From assembly GCF_009914755.1 (NCBI RefSeq), contig NC_060926.1: a stretch of DNA of 64,000 nt; one strand, given 5' to 3'. Below are positions 1-13,794 of the stretch, in pieces (position 1 is the stretch's first letter; each line of letters begins with the position of its first letter). The translations under genes and the position numbers were made by a program. The notes below the pieces were generated by a model. It searched no databases, had not been told where the DNA came from, and saw nothing but the letters and a program-made list of their open reading frames with translations. The DNA is from the human T2T-CHM13v2.0 reference genome, Homo sapiens.

Positions 1-413
1 GTTTCCTCTCACATCCCAAAGCTGTGCATGTCAGACAAGTGGGCTGTTCCAGTGGTCCCAGTGTGAGTGAGTACGCCCTGTGAGAGGTTGGCATACTGTC
101 CAGGGCAGGCTGCTGCCTGGAACCTGGAGCTGCTGCGATAGGCTCTGGCCACCTGAGAGCCTGTCAATAATTATCTTGCTTTTATTAATCTTCCTTAGGT
201 GGATAGCTCACATTTATTTCAAATCCTTAATATTAGAAGTGTTTTAGTCTTTATTTAGAATTTTGGTGATGTTTTTGTGACCAGAAATATGCCTGGGAAC
301 TTAACTCTTGTTATAGCAATTAGCCTGTGGTACTGCTGATTTTGTTCTATGTCCTTCTGCTTAAAGTAGCAGTTTCCAAGAACCTGCTGATGGTGTTAAG
401 TGATGACTTACTG
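1..413 (+). mobile_element. MER6-like (Tigger family) DNA transposon, 3' part
   Basis: gtttcctctcacatcccaaagctgtgca core and terminal ...gttaagtgatgacttactg resemble the recalled MER6 consensus. Confidence 0.65.
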
Positions 414-3400
414 TGCTATATCAAGCCACCGAACACTGTTAACGTGATCACTATATTCGCTGACGGAAGGTTCTATTGATAGAAGGTGGAACAGAGCCCT
501 GCATAGTGGGAGCAGGTCCTGAAGGAGGTGCCTGGGCATATTCACCTGTAGGGAATGGAATGGAGAAATGCCAGGAAGTGCACCAAGGTACAGCAGCCCA
601 GGCTCTCTCTGACGCTTCTCTCAGAGAAGTATATGCACATCCCTAAAGCAACGGAGTCAGGCTGTGAGGGCTGAACCCCCTAACTCCCCTAGGGCCTGTC
701 ATGCATACATCTCGATGGGTTCTGCTCCCTACCTGTGGATAAAACTAAGGCGACTGCAGAATGCACAGCTCACTGTGCTGAAGCACGATTCTCAAAGGTG
801 CTAAAAGGTTCAAGTTGACTCGAGGGGTTGGCTGAGGAAGGGGGTCCAGGAGGGGTGTGTCTGCATCTGTTTGGCCATCTTCCTCAGCACTCCTGCTTCA
901 GCATCAACAATCAGCTGACCTTCCTGAGGTTTGCTCTGCAGCAGGCCAGGAGGGGTGGATATCACTCTGCCAGTGTCTAGGTGGGACACCTGGGATGTGG
1001 CCAGCAGGCACCCAGTGAGTCACAGGGCCAGGAAGCCAAGCTGCTACTGGGCAGGTCCAGAGGACAGGACGGGCCTCCTGGGGTGTGAGTCCTAGCCATG
1101 GAACACTGCACCTGGTTTGGCTGCTTACTTTTTTTTTTTTTTCCAACTCAGGTAGAATATATATACCAACTCCGACTTTTTCAAAAGTACTTTGATGCCA
1201 GGAACTAAAACAAAACCATACCTTCAGGGCCATTAGACTAGGTGATTTCTGAGTTTGCTTTCTTTCCACTCTGCCATTTGCTGGTTTTATGAATGGAGGC
1301 TTGTTTTGCAGATCCAGCCCAGTGGGTGGGCCACAGACCTCAGAGTCAGACTCATGAGGGGGCGAACTCAAATGCACACTAAGCACTGACCGCAGCCTAC
1401 GGGAGAGGCCCCCACATTTATCAAGCCACTGAGTCCAAATGCACACAGAGGCGGCAATTTAATTCCTCCCTGGCAAGTTCTAACTATTCGGGAAAGGCTC
1501 TGCCCTTTGATCTCAACCTCCATCTCACTCCATCCCACGAAAAAAAATTCCAGGGAGCTTCTCTTTTTCTAAGGGGTGTGTGGTAGATTTTTCTGGAAAG
1601 TAAAATTCTATTTTGACTACATTAGGACATTTCATTCATTAAAGAAACTCAGAAGAGAATCCTTAGGAAAAGAGAAATTTTTCTATAAAAAAATTATTCC
1701 TACATCTATCTTGTTTATATTTTCAATCTTTACATATTATTCAGAGTAAGACATATCCACATACTATATAGGATCTTGACAATAAAATCACAATTTATAC
1801 TTAAGGGGGATATGTTATTATGTATAAGGAATTAATTAAAGTTGTTAAAATAATGAATTAAAAATATGCCAGACGTACTATTCCACCTGGTTCATCCTCC
1901 TTGATTTTATTTGTCTCCAGATAGCATAAATCCTAACACACAAAGTTTTAAATTTTCTCCCCAAACTATCTCAAAAGATCACACATTTAGAACTATAAAC
2001 TGACAAGGTCACAGTGCAGCTCCTGTTGCTGAATCTCCCAGCTGAGAGGTGCAGGGGTGATGCTACTGCAGGCGCATGAACCACTCATTCTGGGCACTGT
2101 CCCACAACTGTGCGAGCTGCAAAGGAGCCTTGGCGCCTTTGGACTTGGAGCTGCATGGTCTCCTCTTGCTCACTCACGCTTCTTTACCTGCTTCAGCCTG
2201 CAGGGACAGCCAGGGAGTGTGGGGAGGAGCAGGCCCCACAGGTAGCCAGCTGAAGGTTCCAACCCCACTTATGGGCTAGGGACCTGGAAACCAGTTTTGG
2301 AGCCCATCCTCCCATCTGTGAGATGGGCTGACCACTCCCACCTGAGGGGGCTGCGGGGAATTAACTGAGATTAAACGGACTGAGCCCTAACAGAGGCTGA
2401 GCACGCAGCAGGCATTCCAGCCCCCAGTTCCTGCTCTCTCGCAACACCCACAGCAGGCACGCAGAGCATCCTCAAACAATGTCACCTCCAGACAGTGACA
2501 CATCCAGAAAGGCACAACATCCTGCAGGCCGCTGTGCTCAGAACACAGTCATAGTCCCAGAAAATAACAATCACTTTGGAGTTGTTGCCCCAAAGAGGTC
2601 CAGTGATTTGCCCCAGATCAAGCCACAGGTAGAGGGCAGACCCAATGTGGCAGGAGGTGCTTGGACCCACCCTTGCTGCCAGCTGTCACAAAATCCTGGG
2701 TTAAAGAATCATCTCAACGTCTTCATTTCAACGTTTTATATCTCTCACAATCTTTATATAGTGGTGTTTGTTTTATTTTATTTTTCCCCCTTATGTTTGT
2801 CTCTAGATGGGATTATGCATAGCAATTTTTCTTTTTTCTTGCTTAATCAGTATTGTCTTATTTTTCTATACCTGGCAAAATATCCTGCCATAGCAGGAAC
2901 TGAAACCTGTCTCAGCTGTGAGGTGTCTGCTCCTTTGCGCAGAGAGGAAAGGCACCATTTTCCTCCCTCCTCAGCACCCATTCAGAAAAAAGTGGGAATG
3001 AGTATTCAGGTACCAATTTTAGGGCCCAGAGGGGCTTGTGGCCTTGGACCCATGGCTCTTCCTACAAGGGAGCACAATATTTACAACATGAATAACGGGA
3101 CGGAAGGTGGGAAGAACACACTGCACCTTCTTCACAGGCCTCCTGGAGCTCAGGCAATACCACAGTGACCCTCACAGGCTCACTGCTCTTAGTCACGTCA
3201 TTCCTTCCTCATCAGGAAACTACAACCTCCTCCTGTCTGCCTCGCAGCCACCAGAATTGGACAGGGCCCCAGGACCCCTAGGGTCAAGGGCACGGTCCTC
3301 CCTGACATAATGACTGCACAGTGGGAACGGGTAGGGTCCGTGGGAAAGGGTGGCAATATCACACCTGCTTACATGCCTCCCTCAACGTGCCCCCAGAGGT

Positions 3401-4048
3401 GGGCCTTCCTCGGTGCCATTTCTCACCTGGGCAGATGCAAACCCTCAGCACATGTGCTAAGTAGAGTGTGAGCCCCAATGAAACTACAGTTTACTGACCT
3501 GTTGGCCAAGAGCCCAAGTTCCACACTCTCCTTCCTAGAAAGTGCTGCACCTGTCTTCCATGGGCCAATTCTCAAGCCTCCCAGTGTGACGGAAAGCAGC
3601 AAGCGTGGTTCCCACATGAAGAACCCACGACACCCCTGTGTGAAGTACACTGTGAACCTGGCCACAGAAGTGACTCTTGCAGCCATTCTGCAACTGTCTG
3701 TTAGGGACTCCAGGGTGGAAGGCACATGCCTGGTGACTCCATAGAAGGCGTATCATGCCAACGGAGTGACAGGGACACCTTCCTGACAGGGTTCACGTCA
3801 GGGATGCTACCTTGAGCAGGAGGAACCAGCTGACCACACGGGGGGCTTCTAACAGGTATATTACTCACAGTTTTCAGGGCAACGCTGCCCACGCCATTAA
3901 GCTCCCGAGACCTATGTGAGCAGGAATTTAAATGCTGATGTTCCAGAGTTACTAGGTGCTACCTTCCGGAACCCCCAGGCACAGATGACACGAACGGGTC
4001 CAATGTTAGCATTTGTGTGAAATGCAGATCCTGGCTGGAGCCCAGGCC

Positions 4049-4176
4049 CCTAGAACAGTACCTAGCATACAGTCGGTGCTCAAGAAGTGCTGCTTCTATT
4101 ATTGCCAAATACCTAGAACAGTACCTAGCATACAGTCGGTGCTCAAGAAGTGCTGCTTCTATTATTGCCAAATACC
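4049..4176 (+). repeat. Perfect 63-bp tandem duplication of a MIR-like tail
   Basis: cctagaacagtacc...attgccaaata at 4049 and again at 4112, no mismatches. Confidence 0.95.
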
Positions 4177-5874
4177 ATAATTATCGCAAGCTTATACTTA
4201 AGGCAATAGGTATACCCATAAAGTTATCAACTACATTAGCCGAATAATCATTTAATGAAAACTAAAAGCTCAATCAAAATGTCCCATTTGTCCACCAGCT
4301 TTACCTATATAAAAATTCACTAGGTAAGAAATACAATCATAGGACTGAAAGCAAAAGAAAACAGTTGAGAATCATATCACTCCTGGAACACATTCTAGAA
4401 TAAAATGCAATGATGTACCCCTGACACTCTAGTCAGTACTCCTAAGTACCCATGCACACAGAGTGGTCCTGTGTGTCTGGAAGATCATCTGAAACTTTTG
4501 AGTCAAGATATTCTGGGCCCCAAAATGATGAAAGTATGTTCCTACTAAAACTGATCGGCATTTCATAGAGGAAGTGGATAATGTAAGCCAACAGACTAAA
4601 GTCGCTTAGAAGGCAATTAGTTCTGCTTCTGGCCAAGAAATAAAGCAGAAAAGTTTAAATATAAACAATAGCATAAGGTTAATTTATGCATCTTTAATGC
4701 TGGCATTTCATTAAACACATGATGAGAAAGAGAGTCCTCGACATTCTCTCCTACCCCTCAGAGAGCCTACCTGGCTTTACATTGCCCTGTCCTCTGTGGT
4801 ACCACGGGAAGGGAAGTCGATTAAACTCTCATCCCAAGGTCAGGAACAGGAGACCTGGCCCTTGGCACATGCTTGACTGGGGCTCTGCCGGGGCCTGAGA
4901 CAGACAGTCAGGAAAACTCCTGGATGCTGGCCATGCTGATGACACTTGCCCCTCCTACAGAGCACATAGCCGACAGTTCCCCAGGCTCACCTGCAGACTG
5001 GGCCCTGGGCCTGACAGCATTGCTCCCAGAAACAGACACTGCATCTACCAACAGCCTGTCCTGGACCAACGTTTCACAGCCATGTTGATTTACCTGCATG
5101 TCCCACTATACCAGAGGGCATTTTCATGAGGATGTGAAAATTCAGACCCAAGCCCAAGGACACACTCAGTGAGAACATGAATGGGATATCCTGTGCCCAG
5201 GCCTCCACCTTCTCTGCACAGTTCATTGGCTCCTGCACCACCCTGAGATGGGCAGGGCAGGCTTCACAAACCCTGTGTCAGAGGTAAGAACTGAGAGAAT
5301 GACGGCTTAAATCTTGGAGTCACACAGCAGCACAGCCAGTGTGGCAACCTCGGCCTCTTGGTCTGTGAGCAATTTCTGCTATAACATGCAGGTGACCAAA
5401 TCTGTCACATAAAATATCATCAGCACAACAATGACTAATGAAGAAAGCATGAAATAACAGTAAATAAATATCAATAACAATAAAGAGGTTCAAATTACAG
5501 CAATAACGCATCCATTTTTATACTTAATTGATAGAAAAGTAAAAAAAGAAGATCCATTGATTTGGAGGCTTCAGGAAAAGAGGTACTTCTTAGCTGCTGG
5601 TGAGCAACTGGCAATGAAGAAGCATTCTGTTCATAGCCATAAAATAGTATTCCAAACCCAAGAATTGATCTCTAGGAAATCATTTTTAAAATAAGGAGAT
5701 ACATGGAAAAAGCTGTTGATAATACCATTAATTTATAATACTGGGAAACTGAGCTTCCCAAACACCTATCCCCAGACAAAATCAGTCATGGCATTCATTC
5801 CTTTACAACACTTTACATCTGAGGTCAGGGTGCTCAGCACGCCTAAACCGCAAGCCTAGACCCTGGTGAAATAC

Positions 5875-5996
5875 CTGCTTCATGTAGGCATAGCACATGG
5901 TCTCTGCAACACGTTTGCCTTCATCGTAGCAGGCCCGAGGTCCTATTGGATTCACGTGGCCCCAGTAATCCTCACTTTGAGGGTGGACTTCAGGAT
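5875..5996 (-). CDS. UXS1: UXS1 coding exon 9 (122 nt; [41 protein letters not shown])
   Basis: ttctcccatcgtag|ATCCTGAA...AAGCAG|gtattt; catalytic YxxxK (YDEGK). Confidence 0.96.
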
Positions 5997-8523
5997 CTAC
6001 GATGGGAGAAAAGTGAGACTGTTTTCATCTTTCCTTTTTCCAGTTCATATCAATAATGCATATTTATGATGCAAAAGGGAACTTCGGAAAGACCCATTTA
6101 GAGATGGAGAGATGTATTAAAGAGGCAACCTCAGGTTTCCAGTCCATTCTCTTGAGTTCCAGTAGGATATGATATTAAGCAATGACAATATTTTACTTAC
6201 AGGGAAAAAAAAAAAGAAAAAGATCAGGTCTCCCAATTTTAAGTCTTCCCTCTCTTCCGTAAATTGTTCTTAACTTTCAGAGTGCTACACAAATTACAAT
6301 TAAATAGAATCTATGTGAAGAGATATGTGGTTTTGTTTTATATTTATAAAGTTGATAACTGGAGCAAATCATGTATTTATTGAAAAAAAATGAAAAACGC
6401 AGCATCTCTGGAACATGATGACTTTGACATGTGCCATCAGCAGAACAAATCTGGGACCCGTGACAAGTCAACGTGGAGGCTCCTGTAGGGCAGGTGGAGG
6501 GACGGGGTGCCCCTGGCAAATGGGTGCCTGTTCTTCTAGCCCTCATTTTACACTCCCAATTCCTGTTTCTCTAGCGTATAAATCAATCACACTTTAAGAC
6601 ATACCAGGGGAAGAGACTATTGGAAGAAAACACGTAACAAATTCTTTTATTCACACAAGTATATTTCTGGAATATGAATATACACCTAATTTATTTAGTA
6701 CACCAAGAATTTTATACATACTTGAGTACAACTATGATATAAAATGTATAAGTCTTTGCCACGAAATCTGGACAAAAAGATGCATTGTTATAAATTCCCA
6801 TCTTGTTTATCTTACCCCTGAAGTCTGACTTGGGACTCAGTGGGCCTGAGCAGGTGCAGGGAGGTAAACAGACAGGTATCCTGCCACTTGTCTGCTCAGC
6901 CGATCCCTCTGGGTCAGCACAGCCTCCGCAGCAATGCAGAAGTGTGCTGCAAAGAAAGGTCTATGTATCTGCTGCTGTGGTTTAAAATTCCCTTTCAAAG
7001 AGCAAACTTCTCACTACTCAGTGAGAGAAAAGTTCTAAGGAAAATACTTCCTGAGAGAAAGGAACCATTGACTTAAATTCACAGAATGTACCAGATGATT
7101 GATCCCAGACCTTTTTCTGGGGATCTTTAACAAGAGCTGGGCAAGCTACCCTCCAAAAAAGATGGTCATAAATTTGACAAAGGACAAGAAAGAAAAGGCT
7201 GGGTACGCCCATCTGTCCCTGGACTGGCACCGTCTGGACTGAAATGCCCAGGATGCCAAGCTTCTAAATAAGTCCCCTCACAAAATCACCGTGGAAAAAA
7301 ACAGGGACAGCTTACATTGTTAATACAAAAGTAAAGACCTAGAGTCAAAAATAATTTCCAATCATCTCCCCTTTCCAGCATTCTGTGAGGCTAAGACACT
7401 AAGCAAATACTCCACAAAAGTTTACTTTGGTTATTCAAGGTCAGAGGAGAGCACCTGGTGACTTCCATAAATTACACTCTCCAATTATTTAGGAAGCCTA
7501 AGGAACACAGGCTCCTGTCAGACATGCAGATAATAAATGAGATGAGTAGGGGAAGCAGGATGGCTGTGGGAAAGATGTCACTGTTCCCCTCTGGACAGAT
7601 ACCATACCCCATAGGTAGGGAGGGACACACTCTGCTCTTTTATTAATAACTGCCCAGGACTTCAAAAAAGTAGACAATGAACTACCTTTTCATAGAGATT
7701 ACAAAGAATATCACTGCATTTAGAAGAATTTCTCTGTTGCTATGATTTTTTTCATTTGGTTTCCTTAATTAAAAAAAAGTCTCTTCTGATTTTACCCTCT
7801 TACTTCCTTCTCTTGTCCACAATAATAATGTAAAATAGAAAAATTACATCATACTAAAACCTGGCTTCCGCTGTATCAGCTAAGCAGTTCTCCTGAACCT
7901 TGCACACCCAGCTGGTTTGGGGCTGAAGAGAAATCAACACACATTGAAAACACAGCTCCTGGTCCCCACTCCTCAACTCCTTCTCAGGCAGTGAAGGAGA
8001 GGAAGGCTGTAGCTTGGTAAAACAAGCTCGTGGGTGTTCTGACACTACCTGCTTAAGGTTCTTCCAGAACTCGTTATACAACAGGGGAGGCAGTCAGCGC
8101 ATGTCTCTTCTCCCAGCAAGCTTTAAAGGCCAGCCCATGAGCTCTTGGGAGGTCAGGCATGCAGCATGCATGACTCACATAGAAGAATGACATGTGCTAG
8201 ACAAACAGGTAAAAAGATAGTGTGATTTGTGGGGTGTTTTCAGAGCAGAATGGCAGAAACACTTCTGTGGAATCATAAATGGTGGGTCTTTACTGGCCAG
8301 GTGACAGGGTGCAGACCTCCAGTGATGTGTGATCAAACAAGAGAGGCTGTCCCACAAGGAAGAGGAGCTTGGCGACCCGGGAGGCCGACAGGTAGCCTCC
8401 TGTGCACAAGAGGAGCATGGGCAGGCTGGGCCTCCTCAGAAAAGAACACTGGACTCTTCTGAGACAGGATGAAAACAGTCCAAGGGCTGGAGTGAACATC
8501 TCCTGAGAGAGCCTCCTACTCAC

Positions 8524-8583
8524 CTCCATACACCTCCGATGTGGAGGCCAGGAGCAGACGGGCACCGACTCGTTTTGCCAGCC
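8524..8583 (-). CDS. UXS1: UXS1 coding exon 8 (60 nt; G-LAKRVGARLLLASTSEVYG-D)
   Basis: tttctatag|GGCTGGCA...TATGGAG|gtgagt; STSEVYG SDR motif. Confidence 0.96.
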
Positions 8584-9559
8584 CTATAGAAAGCAATGAC
8601 ATGATAAAAGAGACTGAATTTACAAGTGCAGGCACATTTTTTGCTGGCCAATTTAAGCAATGTTTTAGTATTAAAGACATTTAATTATCTATCCAATTAT
8701 CTACCCTTACTGCGTCTGCTTTGGCACCAAAATAAACAAAACAAATACAGTAAGAAAAACATAAATGGATTCTCAGAAGGCCAGTATTTTGTTGAATACT
8801 TGTCATAAGCAGGGCCAAACGCAGAATCTGTTAGTTTGATAAAGTGTGATTTGAGGAGTTTCGTGAAGACTCCTCTGCCCCCAAATATTACCCCATATTT
8901 TACTGGGTAACTTTCCCTTGGTTGGCAGAAGGCAAGGCCCTTTTCTCCTTAACTTCCACAATGGTCAGCTTGCCACTTCCTGAACATCTCCTGGGCTCTT
9001 CTAACTGCCCATGCCACCCTGTCTGGGTAACTCTCCACTCATTCTTCTTCCTCCTATGCGGTTCAGCTTACACAGCACCTTTTCCAAAGCAACTGTCACA
9101 TTCCTCAGTTCTGCTCTGAACCCCTTTCCTGGACTGACCACTCACATGTAACTGACCAGAACATCATTATCTATGGTGGTCAAGTAAGTATGGAAAGTCT
9201 TCCAAACTCATTCACAGAGTCCCAGTGTACAGTGGTTCACTACAGGATCCAAGAACCCCCCTGACCGTCACTAACCCTGTACTTAAGACAGGCGACATAC
9301 CCACCCCCAATCGCCACTACACTAGAGGGGGGCTGTGCTGGACACCCCTCAGCTCTGCCCCCCCACCAACAGCAGGGGCCAACACATGCCCACGAAGCAC
9401 TGCTAGGAGGGTGAGACGAGCCAGGCACATGCAACCTATGTGCGCTTCTGGGTGAGGCTGGGTGGGGTGGTAGGATTCTAGCGTGCAGCAGCCAGGGGTA
9501 TCAGTGTGTCAGACAATGTAGTAGCTTCAAAATGAAGGACTCTGAGATCTTTTTCTTCC

Positions 9560-10265
9560 TGATTAAATTTTTTGAGATATTTGTACATTCAAATTCAATT
9601 GTACAAAGTAGTATAGGGACCTTATGTATCTTTTACCCAGATTCCCCCAATGCTAAAATTTGCAAAACTAGATTGTGCCACAATCAGGACATTGACATTG
9701 ATATGATCAGTGACTATTTCCACTGAAACGGACATTCCATTGATAAAAGTGATAGAGCATTTCCATCTCCACCAGGATCCCTCACAGGGCCCTTCTACAG
9801 CCTCTCCTCGCTCCCTCCCACCTGCTGACCCCTGGCAACCACTAACCAATTCTCCATGTCTATAATTGTGTCATTTCAAGGATGATACACAAATGGAACA
9901 CGGCCTCTTAGGACTGAATTTTTTCATGGAGCATATTTCCCTCAAAATCTATCCAAGCTGCAGTGTGTATCAAAGTTCCTTCCTAATCTATTGCTGTGTA
10001 GAATTCCCGGGGATATATGTATGCACTGCCGTTAATCATTCACCTATGATAGGACATTCTGGTTGCTTCTCATTTTTGACCTCTACAAGTAAAGCTGCTA
10101 TGAACATTCACACAGGTTTTCATGTGAACATAAATTTTCATTTCTCTGGGAGAAATGCCCAAGAATACAATTACTGAGTCTTACAGTAGATGCATACTTA
10201 GTTTTTTAAGAAAGCGTCAAACTGTTTTCCAGAGTAACTATACATTTTATATTCCCCCCTACCTG
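9560..10265 (-). mobile_element. Old L1M (L1MC/MB-like) 3' fragment
   Basis: ccctggcaaccactaa...tctccatgtctataatt and aaagctgctatgaacattc motifs of L1M 3' ends. Confidence 0.7.
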
Positions 10266-11249
10266 AGTTCTTTCTAGTTTATAGTTTTCTCTGAACTTTG
10301 GTCACAAACACACATCACAAATGCAATGTGTTATATTTCAAAAACAACTGAGTTTAAAGATTTTGAAACTAAGACTATTTCTGTAGCACTTTCATGGAAT
10401 GACTCACGCAGGATCTACAGAGACAACTGTCAGGGAGTGAAGCCAAGGGAGCTATCCTGCTGCTGTAGTGTCTGGGGGTTACGAAAAACTTTCATCAGAG
10501 AAAGAACTCTAGCACAGGGTCTGGGAGGTGGGCAAGTTACATAGAGGAAAGGGCCTCACCAGGAAAAAGCCAGGCAAAGTTCATGGCATCTTGTCTCAAG
10601 TGCAAGATGGCTAATGACAGCGCCTCTCGGTTCAGAATACAAAGTCCAATTTGGGTTTCTTTCCAGCCTACCAATGGTCTCCCTTTGCCTTTTGTATCTC
10701 TCCTGGAAGACTCTTTACCATTCCTGCAAGGCCTCCACATTCAATCTCAGTCATAGCTCAAGCCCTAGCTCGAGTCACTTTTGCCTTTAACTCTAACAGC
10801 ACTTTGCTGAGGCCTCTCTTTGGGAGACTTTCCTTTCCTACTAGGTATCATCGACGCTTGTGCCCGTTCAGCAGCCCCCAACCCCCATAGGGCACCAAGT
10901 GCAGAAGAGCCTGAGGGTAACCCCATCTGAATCTGCCCCAGTGACAGGACCCACGGGCACAGTGACTGCATCCCCCGAGTAGGAAGAATAAACGGAATCT
11001 CCCTAAACACCAAGTGCATGATCTTTTCCTCTATGGTCTAGTTCTGGTACGATGGAGGGGGGCGGGACAGAGAGAGTGTAGGAGGGGTAGGCGCTTGTGA
11101 TGGCAAGAAGAGGGCATCACGCACACCTCTAAGCAGAAGCAGCAGCACCCTGTTCTGTCTGGTGACCAGAGCAGGAGACGGTAACAAAGAAGATAAAGCT
11201 CTTTCCAGATAGGAAGAATGAATCATCTTACTCCAAACAACCTGTCCCC

Positions 11250-11680
11250 TGTGATGGTTCATTTTATGTGTCAACTTAGGCCACAGGATGCCCAGGTATC
11301 TGGTTGAACATTATGTCCGGGGGTATCTGTGAAGGTGTTTCCGGAAGAGAGGATAATTTGAATGTGTAGACTGCGTAGAACACATGGCCCTCCCCAACGT
11401 GGATGTATCATCCAGTCCCTTACAGGCTTGACTAGAACACAAAGATGGAGGAAGGTCAACTGCTTACACAGAACATCGATCTGCCCTCGGCTCTCTGGTT
11501 CTCAGGCCTTGGAACTACACCCCTGGCTTTCTTGGTTCTCTTTCTTGCTTGCAGAAGGCAGACGGTGGGACTTCTTGACCTCCATAATCATGTGAGCCAA
11601 TCTCTCGTAACAAATCTCTTTCTCTAAATCTCTACACATCCTATTGGTTCTGTTCTTCTGTAGAACCTTGACTAGTACCA
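11250..11680 (+). mobile_element. MLT2 (ERVL) solo LTR
   Basis: Begins tgtgatggttcattttatgtgtcaactt, ends ctattggttctg...gaaccttgactagtac. Confidence 0.8.
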
Positions 11681-12576
11681 CCCCCTAAAATATTGCATCT
11701 AAGAGATAAACCAATCTCTGGCTGTCCTTTCATTCTCGACTCCACGCTTTGTTCAAATTAAAATTTAGTGCTGTATGTCCCAAGTCTATTTGCAGAACCT
11801 GTATTAAATGTTCCTATACTTAAATCCATCATTTACTTGCCATTTTTAAAAGTGGTTCCTTTCTTCCACTTTGCAAATAATCAAAACCCCTGGAGTTTTT
11901 TGAAAAAACTGTGCCAAATTTAAGCATGCCTCTAATTTTAAACATTAATATGTGCACATTACCCACTGCTATAAATCTAAGGCATGTCATTTGTGAATAT
12001 ACACATATGACCACCATTAACAATGCTCTCTCGTCCATCTTTTACTAATGCGAACCCTGAAGTCCAATCTAGGGCAGGTACTCAGTCTTGATAACACCCC
12101 ATACAGATGTCTCCATCCATTCCTTCAAGGAGTGCTACTGAATCACCCCCGTGTGTAAGGCCATGTCAACCCAACCTGGGGATCAGAGCCACCACTGCCT
12201 CTTTCCAGCATGAGGCATGCCACTTATCCTCAGCATTCATCAACTGGTTTCAGAGGAGGGGAGGGGGGCAGGCTGGGTGGTTGGTCACATGAAGCGCCTG
12301 TGGTCACTCCCAGGGGATCTGCACCAGGGTGCTGCAGCCTGATTACTACAATGCATGAAAAGTTAAGTTAGACCATCTCCTCCATGACATACTCTGATGA
12401 CAAATAAAAGTCACACTGAAATAACACTGCAAAACTGCCAAATACCACAAGCAGGGCAATAAGGGACGAGGGAACACACTCAGATCAAACTCTAGTAGAA
12501 GATTCAATGACCTATGCTTGTAATCATCTAAAATATTCCCAGCAACAGCCAAAAAAACAAGAAAATGACAACTTAC

Positions 12577-12681
12577 CCAACATGTTTAATGTCCCAATCG
12601 TATTGGTCTTTAATGTCTTGATAGGATTATACATGTAGTTTGGAGGGGAGGCTGGAGATGCCAGATGGTATATCTGGTCAA
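12577..12681 (-). CDS. UXS1: UXS1 coding exon 7 (105 nt; [36 protein letters not shown])
   Basis: tctcctttag|TTGACCAG...ATGTTGG|gtaagt; HLASPASP motif typical of UDP-xylose synthases. Confidence 0.96.
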
Positions 12682-13794
12682 CTAAAGGAGACAAAACAGA
12701 AGCCTATTACTTCAAAAAAGCACCAAAAAAATACTGACCTCCTAGGATATATACTGTATAATAAACGTATTAGTATATCTTTCACTGAAATCAAGTTATT
12801 TTATTCTTCATATAAACTAATTTACATTTGTAATTAGGAAAATGTTAAACAAAAATAGAAAGTCTAATTATTTGGAAACAAAAACATGTGCTGGGTCAGC
12901 TGAGTCTGTTCTCGTGTAACCAGAGTCAATTCGATTACTGAGTTGATTGTTTTCTGAAATATTTGTCCCAGATAGAGCATTCAAATCAGAAGGAAGACTG
13001 ATTTTTTTCAGACACAGAATTAATCATGAATTTTTTTTTTTTTTAGTTTGTGAGGCAAATATGACTTAAACCAAAGACACAGAACTATGGGAGAAAGTAG
13101 CCTCTCGTTTGTTTTTATGCATCCTGTATACATAAAACCAGACCCTGAGACCATGGCGAGGGAGGGAGGGAGGTTTTTAAAGCCATGAATGGCAAAGCAA
13201 TTCAGATTCCATGCAACCCCTGCCCCTCCTGGAAAGGCATTCACTTTAACGTCACTACCCACAGCGTTCCAGCACAGAACCAAGTCAGGTAACATCTGCA
13301 CATAGCAGAGAAGTCCTCGGGGACCAACCTCTCCCTGTGGAATGGCAGCAACAGACACACACACACAGGAGGAATGCCATCCTTCCAGACAAAGTCCATG
13401 TCATGCCATTCTACTTTTAGCCAATGGTGAGGAAACACATCCACCATCCACAGGACTGAAGAACAGGGATCTGAAAGCTCTGCTGCCAAAATGAGTCCTC
13501 CCTTGCACATGGATGTGTAAGAATACCTGCAGGGGCCCCTCTGCCCGGGCCTTCCGGGCTCCCCTGACCAGGGAACTGCTGCTGTCTTTCCTTTCCCAGT
13601 GCCGGGAATGGAAGAGCTGAAGATCAAGCCTTGAGCCACAGCAGGTCAGTCTGGAGGTTCTCAATCAATCCTGACTGTGCACTAGTCACCCAGTGAGGTG
13701 ATGCCTGGGTCCCCAACACCCTGAAGCAGGCTGGGAGACTCTAGACCTTCATTCATATATATATATTTTTTTTAACATTTGAAAGCCAAGTCTG

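Noticed and set aside
904-1446. 180-aa minus-strand ORF
   Set aside because: No recognisable domain, non-ATG start, runs through a T homopolymer; chance intronic ORF.
2479-3168. 229-aa plus-strand ORF with a hydrophobic stretch
   Set aside because: Built from MIR-like and T-rich intronic sequence; no family resemblance or splice/promoter support.
4049-4176. CRISPR-like or other prokaryotic repeat array
   Set aside because: Only two abutting units with no spacers, in clearly primate intronic DNA; no such system seen anywhere in the window.
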